A stretch of 64,000 nt of DNA, from contig DASPVC010000060.1 of NCBI GenBank assembly GCA_035622585.1, forward strand, positions 119,096 to 183,095. The letters are read 5' to 3'. The position numbers and the translations under genes were made by a program. A model generated the notes under the pieces. The model was given only the letters and a program-made list of their open reading frames with translations. It had not been told where the DNA came from and made no database searches. This DNA comes from Candidatus Acidiferrum sp. (GTDB lineage Bacteria > Acidobacteriota > Terriglobia > Acidiferrales > UBA7541). Positions 46,136 through 55,837 of this stretch are shown here, piece by piece (position 1 is the stretch's first letter; every line of letters starts with the position of its first letter).

Positions 46136-47455
46136 ATGACCACGTCCCTAGGTGTTCCGATCGTTGAGATGCACAAGGTCTCGAAGGCCTTTCCAAGACC
46201 TTCAGGCGAGCCCCTGACGGCGCTGGCCGATATCAATCTCTGCCTAAGGGAAGGCGAAATCCTGGGCTTGGTGGGGCGCTCAGGCTCGGGCAAGTCGACA
46301 CTCGTGCGCATCGCGGCAGGATTGATCGAGCCGACTTCGGGCGAGGTACTCTATTGCGGTAGACCTGTTCACGGACCAGTCGCAGGTGTCGCCGTCGTCT
46401 TTCAAACCTTCGCGCTCTTTCCGTGGCTCAACGTCATCGAAAACGTCGAACTTGGACTCGATGCCCAGGGCGTTGATCGCCAAGAAGCGCGCCGTCGGTC
46501 CGAGGCGGCAATCGATCTGATCGGCCTTGACGGTTTCCAGTCTGCATACCCGCGCGAACTATCAGGAGGCATGCGTCAGCGCGTGGGCTTCGCCAGAGCG
46601 ATGGTGATCCAGCCCACCGTGCTCTTGATGGATGAGCCCTTCTCTGCGCTCGACGTCCTGACCGCGGAAACGCTGCGGACCGATTTTATCGATCTGTGGG
46701 TCGAGCATCAGTTGCCGACAAAGTCCGTGGTCCTCGTGACGCACAACATCGAGGAAGCGGCGCTGATGTGCGATCGCGTTTTGGTTCTCTCGTCGCATCC
46801 CGGCCGTATCGCGGCGGAAATCCCGGTTCCGTTATCGCACCCTCGCAATCGCCTCGATCATGAGTTCCGCAACATCGTCGAGGAGTTCTATTCGATATTG
46901 ACGGCGCGTGCCGTGGAATCAAAGAAGGCACAGAGAGAGCTTCACGGCGGATTTGTGCGGCCGTTGCCGACCCTCGGAATCAATCGAATCATCGGCTTCA
47001 TCGAAGCGCTGGCTTCCCCGATGCATCAGGGACAGGCCGAGCTCGCCAAGATCGCGCACCTGCCGTCTCTGCAGGTAAGGGACGTTCTGGCGGTGGCCGA
47101 GGCTCTTCACATCCTTGAATTTGCGGAACTGCAAGAAGGCTCGATCAAACTGACTGCAGCGGGCCGAGTTTTCGCCCAGAGCGGGACGGACGAGCGTAAG
47201 CGCCTATTCCGCGAGCACCTTCTACGTTTCGTACCGTTCGCGGCCCACATTTGTCGCGTACTCCAGGAGCGCGAGGGGCACTCTGCTCCGAGCGTAAGAT
47301 TTAGGTCCGAACTAGAGGATCATCTGAGCGCCGAGGACGCCGAAAAGACGCTGTACACCATTATCCGCTGGGGACGATACGCGGAAGCTTTCGCCTACGA
47401 CGACGAAACACACAGTTTCAGCATGATCCCTGCCGCTGAGCAGACGAAACCATAA
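46136..47455 (+). CDS. ABC transporter ATP-binding protein (NitT/TauT-like) with a ~180-aa C-terminal extra domain
   Basis: Walker A GRSGSGKST, signature LSGGMRQR and Walker B LLMDEPFSALD, followed by a long C-terminal extension. Confidence 0.85.
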   Translation: MTTSLGVPIVEMHKVSKAFPRPSGEPLTALADINLCLREGEILGLVGRSGSGKSTLVRIAAGLIEPTSGEVLYCGRPVHGPVAGVAVVFQTFALFPWLNVIENVELGLDAQGVDRQEARRRSEAAIDLIGLDGFQSAYPRELSGGMRQRVGFARAMVIQPTVLLMDEPFSALDVLTAETLRTDFIDLWVEHQLPTKSVVLVTHNIEEAALMCDRVLVLSSHPGRIAAEIPVPLSHPRNRLDHEFRNIVEEFYSILTARAVESKKAQRELHGGFVRPLPTLGINRIIGFIEALASPMHQGQAELAKIAHLPSLQVRDVLAVAEALHILEFAELQEGSIKLTAAGRVFAQSGTDERKRLFREHLLRFVPFAAHICRVLQEREGHSAPSVRFRSELEDHLSAEDAEKTLYTIIRWGRYAEAFAYDDETHSFSMIPAAEQTKP

Positions 47456-47563
47456 GAAACGTCGCCTTGCTTCGAAGGCAGCGACGGCCAATCCCCATCG
47501 CCCCCCTTTGTTCGGCCATATCATCTCGGCACAGCCTGTTGTTGCCAGGTCGTAACTTGCCCT

Positions 47564-49891
47564 GTGACTACACACGGTGTTAACTTCTGCCTTGCTATGA
47601 AGGAAGAGGGGGCCCTGCAAGCATCGTCCCTAAGGGTAGCGTCCACAGATCGTTGGAGGCTGTTGGAATCGGCCCCCGACGCCATGGTAATCGTGGACGG
47701 AGGTGGACGGATTGCATTCATCAATTCGCAGGCCGAACGCATGTTCGGCTATTCCCACAGCGAATTGCTGGGCCAGCCCGTAGAAGTGCTTACCCCTGAG
47801 TCAGTTCGGCACGCGCACGTTCGTCATCGCGCAGAATACGCGGCGGCCCCTCGCACTCGCGAGATGGGGTCCGGCCTCGAACTTAGGGGTCGCCGAAAAG
47901 ACGGCAGTAGCTTCCCGGTAGAAATCAGTTTGAGCCCGCTGCAAGAGCCGGACGGCCGATTTTTCGTCAGCGCGATTCGCGACATAACGGAGCGACGGCA
48001 GATTCAAGAAGCCTTGCGATTAAGCGAGGAGCGCTTTCGTCGGCTCGTCGCAGAGGTTCGCGACTACGCCATTTTTCTGCTCGATCCGCAGGGGAACATA
48101 CGAACGTGGAATGTGGGCGCCGAGAGGATCAAAGGCTACCGGGCCGATGAAGTTATCGGTAAGCATTTTTCGATGTTCTTTCCCTCCGAAGAGGTCGAAC
48201 GTGGCAGGCCCGCGGCCGAACTGGCAGAGGCCGCCAAAGAAGGCCGCGCCGAGGACGAGGGCTGGCGCATTCGAAAGGACGGCTCGCGTTTCTGGGCGAG
48301 CATCGTAATTACCGCGCTCCACGACGAGAATGGCAAGCTACTCGGTTTCACGAAAGTCACGCGGGACATCACGCAACGAAAGCGCGTCCGCGAGGCGTTT
48401 CTTCTCGAAGTGACGAACGCCCTTCTTTCAAACCTTGACATCACAAAGTTGCTCCGAGCCATCGGCCTGTGCGTTCGTCAAGTGAAGGAATTCGACTACG
48501 CAACGCTGGCGCTCTATGATGCCGAGACAAAAATGCTTCGCGTGCAGCCGGTGGGAGCGGGACCCGGCAACGAGCCGTTTCCTCCCGGAATGCTAATCCC
48601 GATTACAGGCTCGCCGAACGGATGGTCCTACGTCTCCGGCAAGCCTCTTTTGCTCAAGGGTTTGCCCGGAGAGCAATTCCCCTTTCAGATCCCTGAGCAC
48701 GTCGCGCAGGCATCGGTGAAGTCCGGCTGTTGGGTGCCGCTGATCGGCAGAGAGGGACCGCTTGGCACCCTCAACCTCTTCAGCCGGAAACCCGGTGCCT
48801 TCTCCGAGGACGATTTACCAGGGCTCTTGCAGCTGGGCGCCCAAGTTGCTGTGGCGCTCGATAATGCCCTCGCCTATCAGCGCCTGGCCGACCTGAATGC
48901 AAGGCTGGCAAAGGAAAAGCTCTACCTAGAAGACGAGTTGCGGACGAGCGCTAGTTTCGAGGAGATCATCGGAAATAGCAACGCCCTCAAGCGGGTCCTC
49001 AAACAAATTGAGACCGTCGCGCCCACCGAGTCGACGGTTCTGATTCTGGGAGAAACCGGCACGGGAAAAGAACGGCTCGCACGGGCGGTTCACGATCTAA
49101 GTCCCCGGAGGGACCGGCCCTTCGTGAAGGTCAATTGCGCTTCCGTGCCGGCAGGGCTTCTTGAAAGCGAACTCTTTGGCCACGAGAAGGGCGCCTTCAC
49201 CGGTGCGATCGCGCAGAGAATCGGACGATTTGAGCTGGCTCATCAGGGCACGCTCTTTCTCGACGAGGTGGGAGAGATTCCCCTCGAGCTCCAGCCGAAG
49301 CTCTTGCGCGTCCTGCAGGAGAAGCAATTCGAGCGCCTCGGCAACAGCCGCACGATGACGACTGACGTTCGCATCGTGGCGGCCACCAACCGTGACCTAG
49401 GCAAGCTGGTGGCGTCCGGCCAATTCCGTAGCGATCTCTATTACCGCCTCAGCGTGTTCCCGGTTCTCGTGCCGCCGCTGCGAGAACGAGCCGAGGACAT
49501 TCCTCTGCTTGTCCATTATTTTCTCTCCAAATTTTCGAAGATCATGGGAAGAAACATCGAGTCGGTACCTCCGGACACAATGCAGGCTTTAGTCCGCTAC
49601 CCGTGGCCGGGCAACGTCCGGGAACTCGAGCACCTCGTAGAACGGGCTGTGATTCTCTCGCCCGGACCTGAACTCCGCATTCCGCTCACAGAACTTGCCT
49701 ACGGCGACGAGGTGATTCCCAAAGCGTCCTCGACGCTGCACGATATGGAGCGGGAGCACATTATCCGCATTCTGCGTGAGACCCACGGCAAGATCGGTGG
49801 TCCCGGCGGCGCCGCCGAGCGGTTGGGCATGAATCGAACCACGCTCAATTCGCGCATGCAGAAATTGGGAATCTCCCGAAAAGACTTCTGA
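47564..49891 (+). CDS. Sigma54-dependent transcriptional activator (PAS-PAS-GAF-AAA+-Fis HTH)
   Basis: Two PAS modules and a GAF-like region. [15 protein letters not shown], the exact GAFTGA loop (EKGAFTGA), and a C-terminal [24 protein letters not shown]. Start is uncertain (47564 GTG or 47597 ATG). Confidence 0.9.
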   Translation: MTTHGVNFCLAMKEEGALQASSLRVASTDRWRLLESAPDAMVIVDGGGRIAFINSQAERMFGYSHSELLGQPVEVLTPESVRHAHVRHRAEYAAAPRTREMGSGLELRGRRKDGSSFPVEISLSPLQEPDGRFFVSAIRDITERRQIQEALRLSEERFRRLVAEVRDYAIFLLDPQGNIRTWNVGAERIKGYRADEVIGKHFSMFFPSEEVERGRPAAELAEAAKEGRAEDEGWRIRKDGSRFWASIVITALHDENGKLLGFTKVTRDITQRKRVREAFLLEVTNALLSNLDITKLLRAIGLCVRQVKEFDYATLALYDAETKMLRVQPVGAGPGNEPFPPGMLIPITGSPNGWSYVSGKPLLLKGLPGEQFPFQIPEHVAQASVKSGCWVPLIGREGPLGTLNLFSRKPGAFSEDDLPGLLQLGAQVAVALDNALAYQRLADLNARLAKEKLYLEDELRTSASFEEIIGNSNALKRVLKQIETVAPTESTVLILGETGTGKERLARAVHDLSPRRDRPFVKVNCASVPAGLLESELFGHEKGAFTGAIAQRIGRFELAHQGTLFLDEVGEIPLELQPKLLRVLQEKQFERLGNSRTMTTDVRIVAATNRDLGKLVASGQFRSDLYYRLSVFPVLVPPLRERAEDIPLLVHYFLSKFSKIMGRNIESVPPDTMQALVRYPWPGNVRELEHLVERAVILSPGPELRIPLTELAYGDEVIPKASSTLHDMEREHIIRILRETHGKIGGPGGAAERLGMNRTTLNSRMQKLGISRKDF

Positions 49892-49932
49892 TTTCAATAA
49901 CTTTGACAATTCCTTAGACAGTCACAGGCGGC

Positions 49933-49948
49933 TGTGACGCGCATCACT
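49933..49948. promoter_or_regulatory. CRP-type box TGTGA-CGCGCA-TCACt
   Basis: 9/10 match to TGTGA-N6-TCACA between the activator stop and the hsp20 start. It overlaps a 7-bp inverted repeat, GTCACAG-N4-CTGTGAC (49921-49938). Confidence 0.45.
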
Positions 49949-50086
49949 GTCCGCTTTGTCCCCTTCTGGAATCTTAGGCTTGAGCGCTGGCCTTCGTGAT
50001 TCCTGTCAGCGCCGGTCGCAGGACAGGACCGGGGGACCGAACCATCAAAGCCAGCGCTGATATTGATGGAAAGTGAGGAAGGTAAG

Positions 50087-50614
50087 ATGGCTGAGAAAGG
50101 GGCAGCTGTACAACTCGCTAAACAACCGACCACTATCGCGCCGCTCGGGGTGGAAAACCTGTTCGAGCGAGCAAATAACATCTTCGATGCGATTTCCCGC
50201 CGGGCCTACGACATCTTTGAGAGCAATGGCAGGCTGTTCGGCCGCGAACTCGAAGACTGGTTCCGAGCCGAAAGGGAATTGCTCCATCCCGTTCACGTTC
50301 ATGTCACCGAGTCAGGCGACGCCCTAGAGGTCAAAGCCGAAGTGCCAGGCTTCAACGAGAAGGAATTGGAAATCAACGTCGAACCCCGCCGGCTTGTGAT
50401 TAGCGGCAAGCGAGAATCGAAAAAAGAGGAGAAAAAGGGCAAGACCGTCTACTCCGAGGCCTGCTCCGACCAAATCATGCGCATGATCGAGCTCCCGGCC
50501 GACGTGGAAACGGAAAAAGTCACAGCGACACTAAAGAACGGCGTTCTTGAACTGACTCTTCCCAAGTCAGCCAAGGCGCGCAGTGTGCGCATCGAGCCAA
50601 AAGCCGCCGCGTGA
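50087..50614 (+). CDS. Hsp20/alpha-crystallin small heat-shock protein
   Basis: ALEVKAEVPGFNEKELEINVEPRRLVISGKRE...IELPADVETEKVTATLKNGVLELTLPK. SD GAGGAAGG precedes 50087. Confidence 0.9.
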   Translation: MAEKGAAVQLAKQPTTIAPLGVENLFERANNIFDAISRRAYDIFESNGRLFGRELEDWFRAERELLHPVHVHVTESGDALEVKAEVPGFNEKELEINVEPRRLVISGKRESKKEEKKGKTVYSEACSDQIMRMIELPADVETEKVTATLKNGVLELTLPKSAKARSVRIEPKAAA

Positions 50615-50626
50615 AGCTGCGGTTCA

Positions 50627-50673
50627 CTCAGCCGAACGGGCGGAGCAGTCAGAATTCCGCCCGCTTGGCTGAG
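50627..50673 (+). terminator. Long hairpin after hsp20 (17-bp stem with one wobble and one mismatch, 13-nt loop); no U tract
   Basis: CTCAGCCGAACGGGCGG ... CCGCCCGCTTGGCTGAG. Confidence 0.35.
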
Positions 50674-50763
50674 GGCGTTCAACGTGACGTCGAATGGCCT
50701 CAGGATAATTGGCGCGGCGACAGGTGACCTGAAAGCCAGGCGTCACGAAGAAGGAGACAAATT

Positions 50764-51252
50764 ATGAAGGTGCAAGACATAATGATGAGAACACCTGCCT
50801 GCTGCACGCCAGAAACCAATCTTGGCGCTGCAGTCGAAATCCTCTGGAACCGCAATTGCGGCATGCTCCCCGTGGTGGACGCTAGGCAGAGAGTGATTGG
50901 GGTGATCACAGATCGCGACCTATGCGTGGCCTTGGGAACCCGCAACCGGCTGCCCGGCGAAATCACCGTGGGGGAGGTTCTGAGCGGAGAGGCTTTTACT
51001 TGTCGGACGGAGGACGATATCCACGCGGCGCTGCAGACGATGGCCGCGAAAAAAGTCCGTCGCCTCCCTGTGGTGGATGAAAGCGGCGTTCTGCAAGGGA
51101 TCCTGTCAATGGACAACGTTGTCCTCCATGCAGAGTTGGGCGGCTGGAATCAGTCGGCCGAACTCTCGCAGGAGGACATTGTCAGAACATTGCAGCAGAT
51201 CTACGGTCCGCGGCTGCCGCAAGTGGTGCGGGCGCGCGCGATGGTGGTCTGA
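50764..51252 (+). CDS. Stand-alone CBS-pair domain protein
   Basis: Two CBS motifs: MLPVVDARQRVIGVITDRDL and RLPVVDESGVLQGILSMDNV. Confidence 0.88.
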   Translation: MKVQDIMMRTPACCTPETNLGAAVEILWNRNCGMLPVVDARQRVIGVITDRDLCVALGTRNRLPGEITVGEVLSGEAFTCRTEDDIHAALQTMAAKKVRRLPVVDESGVLQGILSMDNVVLHAELGGWNQSAELSQEDIVRTLQQIYGPRLPQVVRARAMVV

Positions 51253-51454
51253 CAGACTGAGCCAAGCAAGGACCATGCGGTGACGCAAGGCTCAGGGGCA
51301 GCGCGTTCTAGAGCAGGCTGGGCGGCACAAGTTCCAGGGAAATGAGGTACCCTTGGCTTCGTCGGCCAGCCTGATACATCGTTCACCGAGACGCCCGGTG
51401 GATGATCAAATGGATGGGCGCGTCAAGCCTTACTGCGGGGGAAAGTGGGGAGTT

Positions 51455-52660
51455 ATGACAACCGATACCTATTCAAGCAGCGCAAGAGCAGGAAGTAAAG
51501 AAGCAACCTATGCGGCATTGGCAGCCGAGCATGTTGCTCCGTGCATTTCAATCTACCTGACGAGCGGCGTGGGAGCCGACGTTGCCAAACAGCAGCTTCC
51601 GCGAGTCAAAAGCCTACTTCGCGCAGCGGAGGCTGACCTGCGGAACTCGGCGATGAGCCTCGAAGAGGCGGAAGCATTCTTGACGTCCAATTGGCGCGCC
51701 GTTGAAGAGGGGCAACCGCCGCATCCCATTGCTGAGGCTCTCGCAGTGTTCATTAGCAAGGATTTCTTCGGCTTCAGCCACCTGCCCGCGCCCGTAATAG
51801 ACCGGGTCATGGTTGGCGAAGAGTTCTTCGTGCGGCCGCTGCTGTCTTGTCTGCCGCATGAGGACCGATTTTTCGTTCTCACTCTCAGCCAAAAACATGT
51901 GAAGTTACTGGAAGGCTCACGCCGCGGATTGCGCGAGCGCACGCTGTGGGATACGCCAGAAAGCCTTCGCGAAGATTTCGAGGGATACAGCTTCGGCTTC
52001 GAGAGGCAATATCAGATGCATACGGCCTCTTCGCCGGAGTCCCTCCAGAAAGGAGCTGTCTTCCACGGCCGCTCGCTCCGCCACAAGGACCGGATCGCTC
52101 ACTTCCTTCACGACGTCAATCAAGGCGTCGTCACCGCGCTTAAGGACCAGCCGGGCCCGCTGATCGTGGCCGCACTCGACTATCTGGTCCCAATTTATAG
52201 GGAGGTGAACACTCACACGCAACTCCTCCAAGAGACCATTGGCGGAAATCCTGACCTGCTCTCGCCAAATGCAATCTACACCGCCGCCTGGAACATTGTC
52301 GGGAAAGAGCTTTCCAAAACGACCGAGCACGCATTCGCTGTGTACACCCAGCACATGAACTCGCCGCTCACGTCGAGCAATCTTCGCGAGACTGTTGCTG
52401 CGGCGCACCGCGGGCTTGTCCGTTTCCTGTTTGTGCCGGCTACAGGTGAGCGGTGGGGTTCTCTGGTGCCGCCTGAAACAGTGCATGTCCACAGCGTGCA
52501 GGAACCCGGCGATAGCGATCTCTTGAATCTCGCAGCGATTCTGACGCTTCGCCACGGGGGACAAGTGTATGCCTTGCCGCCGGGCAATCTGAGCGAAGGG
52601 GCCGATATGGCCGCGGTATTTCGGTACGCACTAGGGTCGCAAGCCGCAGGCGTTGCTTAG
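51455..52660 (+). CDS. Hypothetical protein, probably a bacterial eRF1-like (baeRF-family) protein
   Basis: [39 protein letters not shown] and a C-terminal [19 protein letters not shown]...AAVFRY match my recollection of baeRF-type proteins. Not verifiable here. Confidence 0.5.
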   Translation: MTTDTYSSSARAGSKEATYAALAAEHVAPCISIYLTSGVGADVAKQQLPRVKSLLRAAEADLRNSAMSLEEAEAFLTSNWRAVEEGQPPHPIAEALAVFISKDFFGFSHLPAPVIDRVMVGEEFFVRPLLSCLPHEDRFFVLTLSQKHVKLLEGSRRGLRERTLWDTPESLREDFEGYSFGFERQYQMHTASSPESLQKGAVFHGRSLRHKDRIAHFLHDVNQGVVTALKDQPGPLIVAALDYLVPIYREVNTHTQLLQETIGGNPDLLSPNAIYTAAWNIVGKELSKTTEHAFAVYTQHMNSPLTSSNLRETVAAAHRGLVRFLFVPATGERWGSLVPPETVHVHSVQEPGDSDLLNLAAILTLRHGGQVYALPPGNLSEGADMAAVFRYALGSQAAGVA

Positions 52661-52692
52661 GCCAGTTCGACAGGCCCACAAGGAGAGAAGCG

Positions 52693-54315
52693 ATGCCGGG
52701 CAAACAACTGCTTTTCCGATCTGCCGCGCGGGAAAAGGTCCTCAAGGGAGCGACGGCGATCACCGACGCCATTCGCATCACCCTGGGCCCGAAGTCCAAG
52801 TGTGTGCTGATCCAGAAAAAGTGGGGCAAGCCCGTTGTCTGCAATGACGGCGTCACGATCGCCAAAGAGATCGAGTTCGAAAACGCGGAGGAAAATCTTG
52901 GTGCTCAGATGATCCGCGAAGCCGCCGAACGCACTGGCGACGTTGTGGGAGACGGCACCAGCACGGCGTCAATTTTGACGAACGCGATTTTCGCGGAGGG
53001 CTTGCACAACATCGCCGCTGGCGCCAGCGCGGTTGACTTGAAACGCGGCCTCGACCGCGGCCTCCGCATCGCTGTCGAAGCTCTTAAGAAGCTCGCGCGC
53101 CCTGTGACTGGCCGCCTGGAAAAAAGCCAGGTCGCCACGATTTCCGCTCACAACGATAGCTCCATCGGCGAACTCGTCGCCGATGCCGTCGAAAAAGTCG
53201 GCGCGGAGGGTGTGATCACGGTCGAAGAAGCGAAGACGACCGAGACGACACTCGAGTTGGTCGAAGGAATGCAGTTCGATCGCGGTTATATCTCGCCTTA
53301 TTTCGTCACCGACGCGGCCAAGATGGAGGCCGTGCTCCTTGATCCCGTGATCCTGATCCATGAGAAGAGAATCAGCAATCTTCAAGACCTGCTGCCCCTG
53401 CTCGAAGAAATCTCCAAGGCCGGGCGGTCTCTTCTCGTCATCGCCGAAGATGTGGATGGCGAAGCTCTCGCGACGCTGGTGGTGAATAAGGTTCGCGGAG
53501 CTCTGCTTTCCGCCGCCGTCAAGGCGCCTGGCTTCGGCGACCGGCGGAAGGAGATGCTGCAGGACGTCGCCATTCTGACCGGCGGACAGGTGATCGCCGA
53601 GGAACTCGGCATCAAGATCGAAAATGTCACGCTCGATCAGCTCGGCAAGGCCAAGCGTGTCGTCATCGACCGTGACAAAACAACGATCGTCGAAGGCGCC
53701 GGATCGAAGCAGGGGATTGAAGCGCGCTGCGCAGACATCCGAAAGCAGGTCGAACTCTGCAAGTCCGATTACGATCGCGAGAAGCTGCAGGAGAGGCTGG
53801 CGAAACTCGCGGGGGGCGTGGCCCTGATCCGCGTCGGCGCTCCTTCTGAAGCGGAGTTGAAAAACCGCAAGGAAGCCTTCGAAGACGCCATCAGCGCCAC
53901 GAAAGCCGCCATTGCCGAGGGCATCGTTGCGGGCGGAGGCCTCGCGTTCCTTCGCCTGATCGAAGCGGTGGGCAAGGAAGAGGCAAATTGTACAGGTGAT
54001 GAGCGCACCGGGCTCACCATTCTGAAACGCGCTTTGGAGGCTCCGACGCGCCAGATCGCCGAGAATTCCGCATTCGACGGCGGCGTCGTTGTGGATCGAA
54101 TGAGGTCCGGGCAGGGCGATTTCGGATTCGACGCAGCCCGCGGCGAATATGTCGATCTGGTGAAGGCGGGAATCATCGACGCAGCGAAGGTGGTGCGCGT
54201 CGCGCTCGAAAATGCCGTGTCCGTCGCGAGTGTCCTGCTGCTCACCGAAGCAACACTCACCGAGATTCCCGAAAAAAAAGAAAGAGCAGCAAGTCAGGAA
54301 TTGGCTGAGGTATAA
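52693..54315 (+). CDS. groEL: GroEL-type chaperonin paralog with no adjacent groES and no GGM tail
   Basis: [22 protein letters not shown] and [12 protein letters not shown]. The C-terminus [14 protein letters not shown] replaces the Gly-Met repeats. Confidence 0.92.
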   Translation: MPGKQLLFRSAAREKVLKGATAITDAIRITLGPKSKCVLIQKKWGKPVVCNDGVTIAKEIEFENAEENLGAQMIREAAERTGDVVGDGTSTASILTNAIFAEGLHNIAAGASAVDLKRGLDRGLRIAVEALKKLARPVTGRLEKSQVATISAHNDSSIGELVADAVEKVGAEGVITVEEAKTTETTLELVEGMQFDRGYISPYFVTDAAKMEAVLLDPVILIHEKRISNLQDLLPLLEEISKAGRSLLVIAEDVDGEALATLVVNKVRGALLSAAVKAPGFGDRRKEMLQDVAILTGGQVIAEELGIKIENVTLDQLGKAKRVVIDRDKTTIVEGAGSKQGIEARCADIRKQVELCKSDYDREKLQERLAKLAGGVALIRVGAPSEAELKNRKEAFEDAISATKAAIAEGIVAGGGLAFLRLIEAVGKEEANCTGDERTGLTILKRALEAPTRQIAENSAFDGGVVVDRMRSGQGDFGFDAARGEYVDLVKAGIIDAAKVVRVALENAVSVASVLLLTEATLTEIPEKKERAASQELAEV

Positions 54316-54379
54316 GTAAGGGCCGCTTCCCAAAGCGCACTGCAGGAATCAGGCTTGGGGCGCGCGGAGATGGATTCAC

Positions 54380-55267
54380 ATGAAGCTCTTGATCGCCACC
54401 GACCTCTCGCCAACTTCGCATTGGGTAATCGACGCCGTGAAAGGGCGCCCCTGGCCTGCGGGGACCGAGGCGTGCATTCTCCATGTAGTCGATCTCACGC
54501 CGTTTCCGCTGGGCGCCGAACTCATGGACTCTGCGCGAAAAGCGGCCGAGTCGTCCGTGAAATCGATCAGCGATAGCCTCGCAAAATTAGGGCTCAAGAT
54601 TTACACCGAGGTCTTCCCGGGTGCTCCCCGGAGTGCGGTGCCCGAATACGCGAAGAATTGGGGGGCTGACTTCGTAATGGTCGGATCTCACGGGAGCACC
54701 GGCATTGGACGCTTCCTGCTCGGGAGCGTGGCGCAAGCCGTAGTTCGCAACGTTCCCTGTTCCGTCGAAATCGTGCGACACAGGCCGGATCGCAAGCCGG
54801 CTCCGGGCGAGGGCCTGAGAATCTTGGTCGCAACGGATGGCTCGGATTGCTCCGCCGCGGCGGTTCGATCAGTCGCCACGCGCCCCTGGCCGCCTCGGAC
54901 CTCGATTCGAGTCATCAGCGCTGTTGCTCCTTTCATCCCGATCGCCGATGCTGCCTCGGCCTACTTCTACGCGAGTCAGTCAGTCTTGGCAGCCCAAGCC
55001 GTTGAAGAGGCGGGTCGGTCACGCGCGACCGAGGCCATCGCGCGGGCCGGCGATCTCTTCCGCGGGGCTGGGGTCACCGGGGTTGAAACTGGCGAGCCGA
55101 TTCTCGGTGACCCGAAAGCCGTGATCCTGGACGAAGCGCAACAGTGGGCCGCAGACATCATCGTCGTCGGCTCGCATGGCTGGCATGGCTTGGATCGCCT
55201 GATGATGGGTAGCGTCTCCGAGTCCGTCGCCATGCACGCGCATTGTTCCGTGGAAGTGATTCGGTAG
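54380..55267 (+). CDS. Tandem-domain universal stress protein
   Basis: LLIATDLS, FVMVGSHGSTGIGRFLLGSVAQAV and CSVEIVR; the second domain has IVVGSHGWHGLDRLMMGSVSESV and CSVEVIR. Confidence 0.88.
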   Translation: MKLLIATDLSPTSHWVIDAVKGRPWPAGTEACILHVVDLTPFPLGAELMDSARKAAESSVKSISDSLAKLGLKIYTEVFPGAPRSAVPEYAKNWGADFVMVGSHGSTGIGRFLLGSVAQAVVRNVPCSVEIVRHRPDRKPAPGEGLRILVATDGSDCSAAAVRSVATRPWPPRTSIRVISAVAPFIPIADAASAYFYASQSVLAAQAVEEAGRSRATEAIARAGDLFRGAGVTGVETGEPILGDPKAVILDEAQQWAADIIVVGSHGWHGLDRLMMGSVSESVAMHAHCSVEVIR

Positions 55268-55489
55268 GCGAGTTTCGATTCACACTGCAGCCTCATTGAA
55301 GTTCGCTGCGCCGGGGCGTAACGGCACAGTGCGCCGCACGCGGTGACGAAGCTAGGCGACGATATTTCGTCGCGTGACGAGATGTCGCCTGATCCCGCTC
55401 CCAATTTGGGACGCTCTAATCCCTCCCTGCCTAACTTAACTGCCCACTTTTGAATGGCTTACGCCGCGGCACCGTCGCCTCTTTCGGAG

Positions 55490-55505
55490 TGGCTCAACTC
55501 TTGCA
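55490..55505 (+). promoter_or_regulatory. Sigma54 promoter TGGCTC-AACTC-TTGCA (canonical -24 GG / -12 GC spacing)
   Basis: Matches TGGCAC-N5-TTGCW at 13 of the 16 positions, and at all spacing-critical ones. The C of the -12 GC (55504) is 12 nt from the A of the STAS ATG (55516). Confidence 0.55.
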
Positions 55506-55515
55506 TTTGTGATCC

Positions 55516-55836
55516 ATGGACAGAACAAACGTGCTGCGGATCACACGAAGCAACGAACCAAACTCACTCGGGCTGAGACTCGAAGGCCGATTGGAAGGAC
55601 CTTGGGTCGAAGTGCTGAGAAAGACTTGGGCGGACACGCTCGATCATGACCGGCGCCGGCGAATCGTCGTAGATCTGAGCGGCGTCAGCTTTGCGGATTC
55701 CGTGGGTCGCACGCTGTTGCTCAACATGCAAGGAGAGGGCGTAGGGCTCATCAAGGCATCGGCATTTCTGCGCGAAATGCTGAAACTAAACGGATTGAAC
55801 CTCAAGCAGCACGACGCGAATGAAAAAGGAGAATGA
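55516..55836 (+). CDS. STAS-domain protein (anti-sigma-factor-antagonist-like)
   Basis: 106 aa. RIVVDLSGVSFADSVGRTLLLNM is a typical STAS core. Confidence 0.75.
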   Translation: MDRTNVLRITRSNEPNSLGLRLEGRLEGPWVEVLRKTWADTLDHDRRRRIVVDLSGVSFADSVGRTLLLNMQGEGVGLIKASAFLREMLKLNGLNLKQHDANEKGE

Positions 55837-55837
55837 A

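Noticed and set aside
47541-47556. Sigma54-like CAGGTCGTAACTTGCC upstream of the activator gene.
   Set aside because: The GG-to-GC spacing is one nt too short, and the -24 element is poor.
49921-49938. Inverted repeat GTCACAG-N4-CTGTGAC as an independent operator or activator UAS.
   Set aside because: The polarity (TCACA...TGTGA) is the reverse of the CRP consensus, and it overlaps the better-fitting TGTGA-N6-TCACT box at 49933-49948. It is reported only as context. It could still be a UAS for the sigma54 activator, but I found no sigma54 promoter downstream of it.
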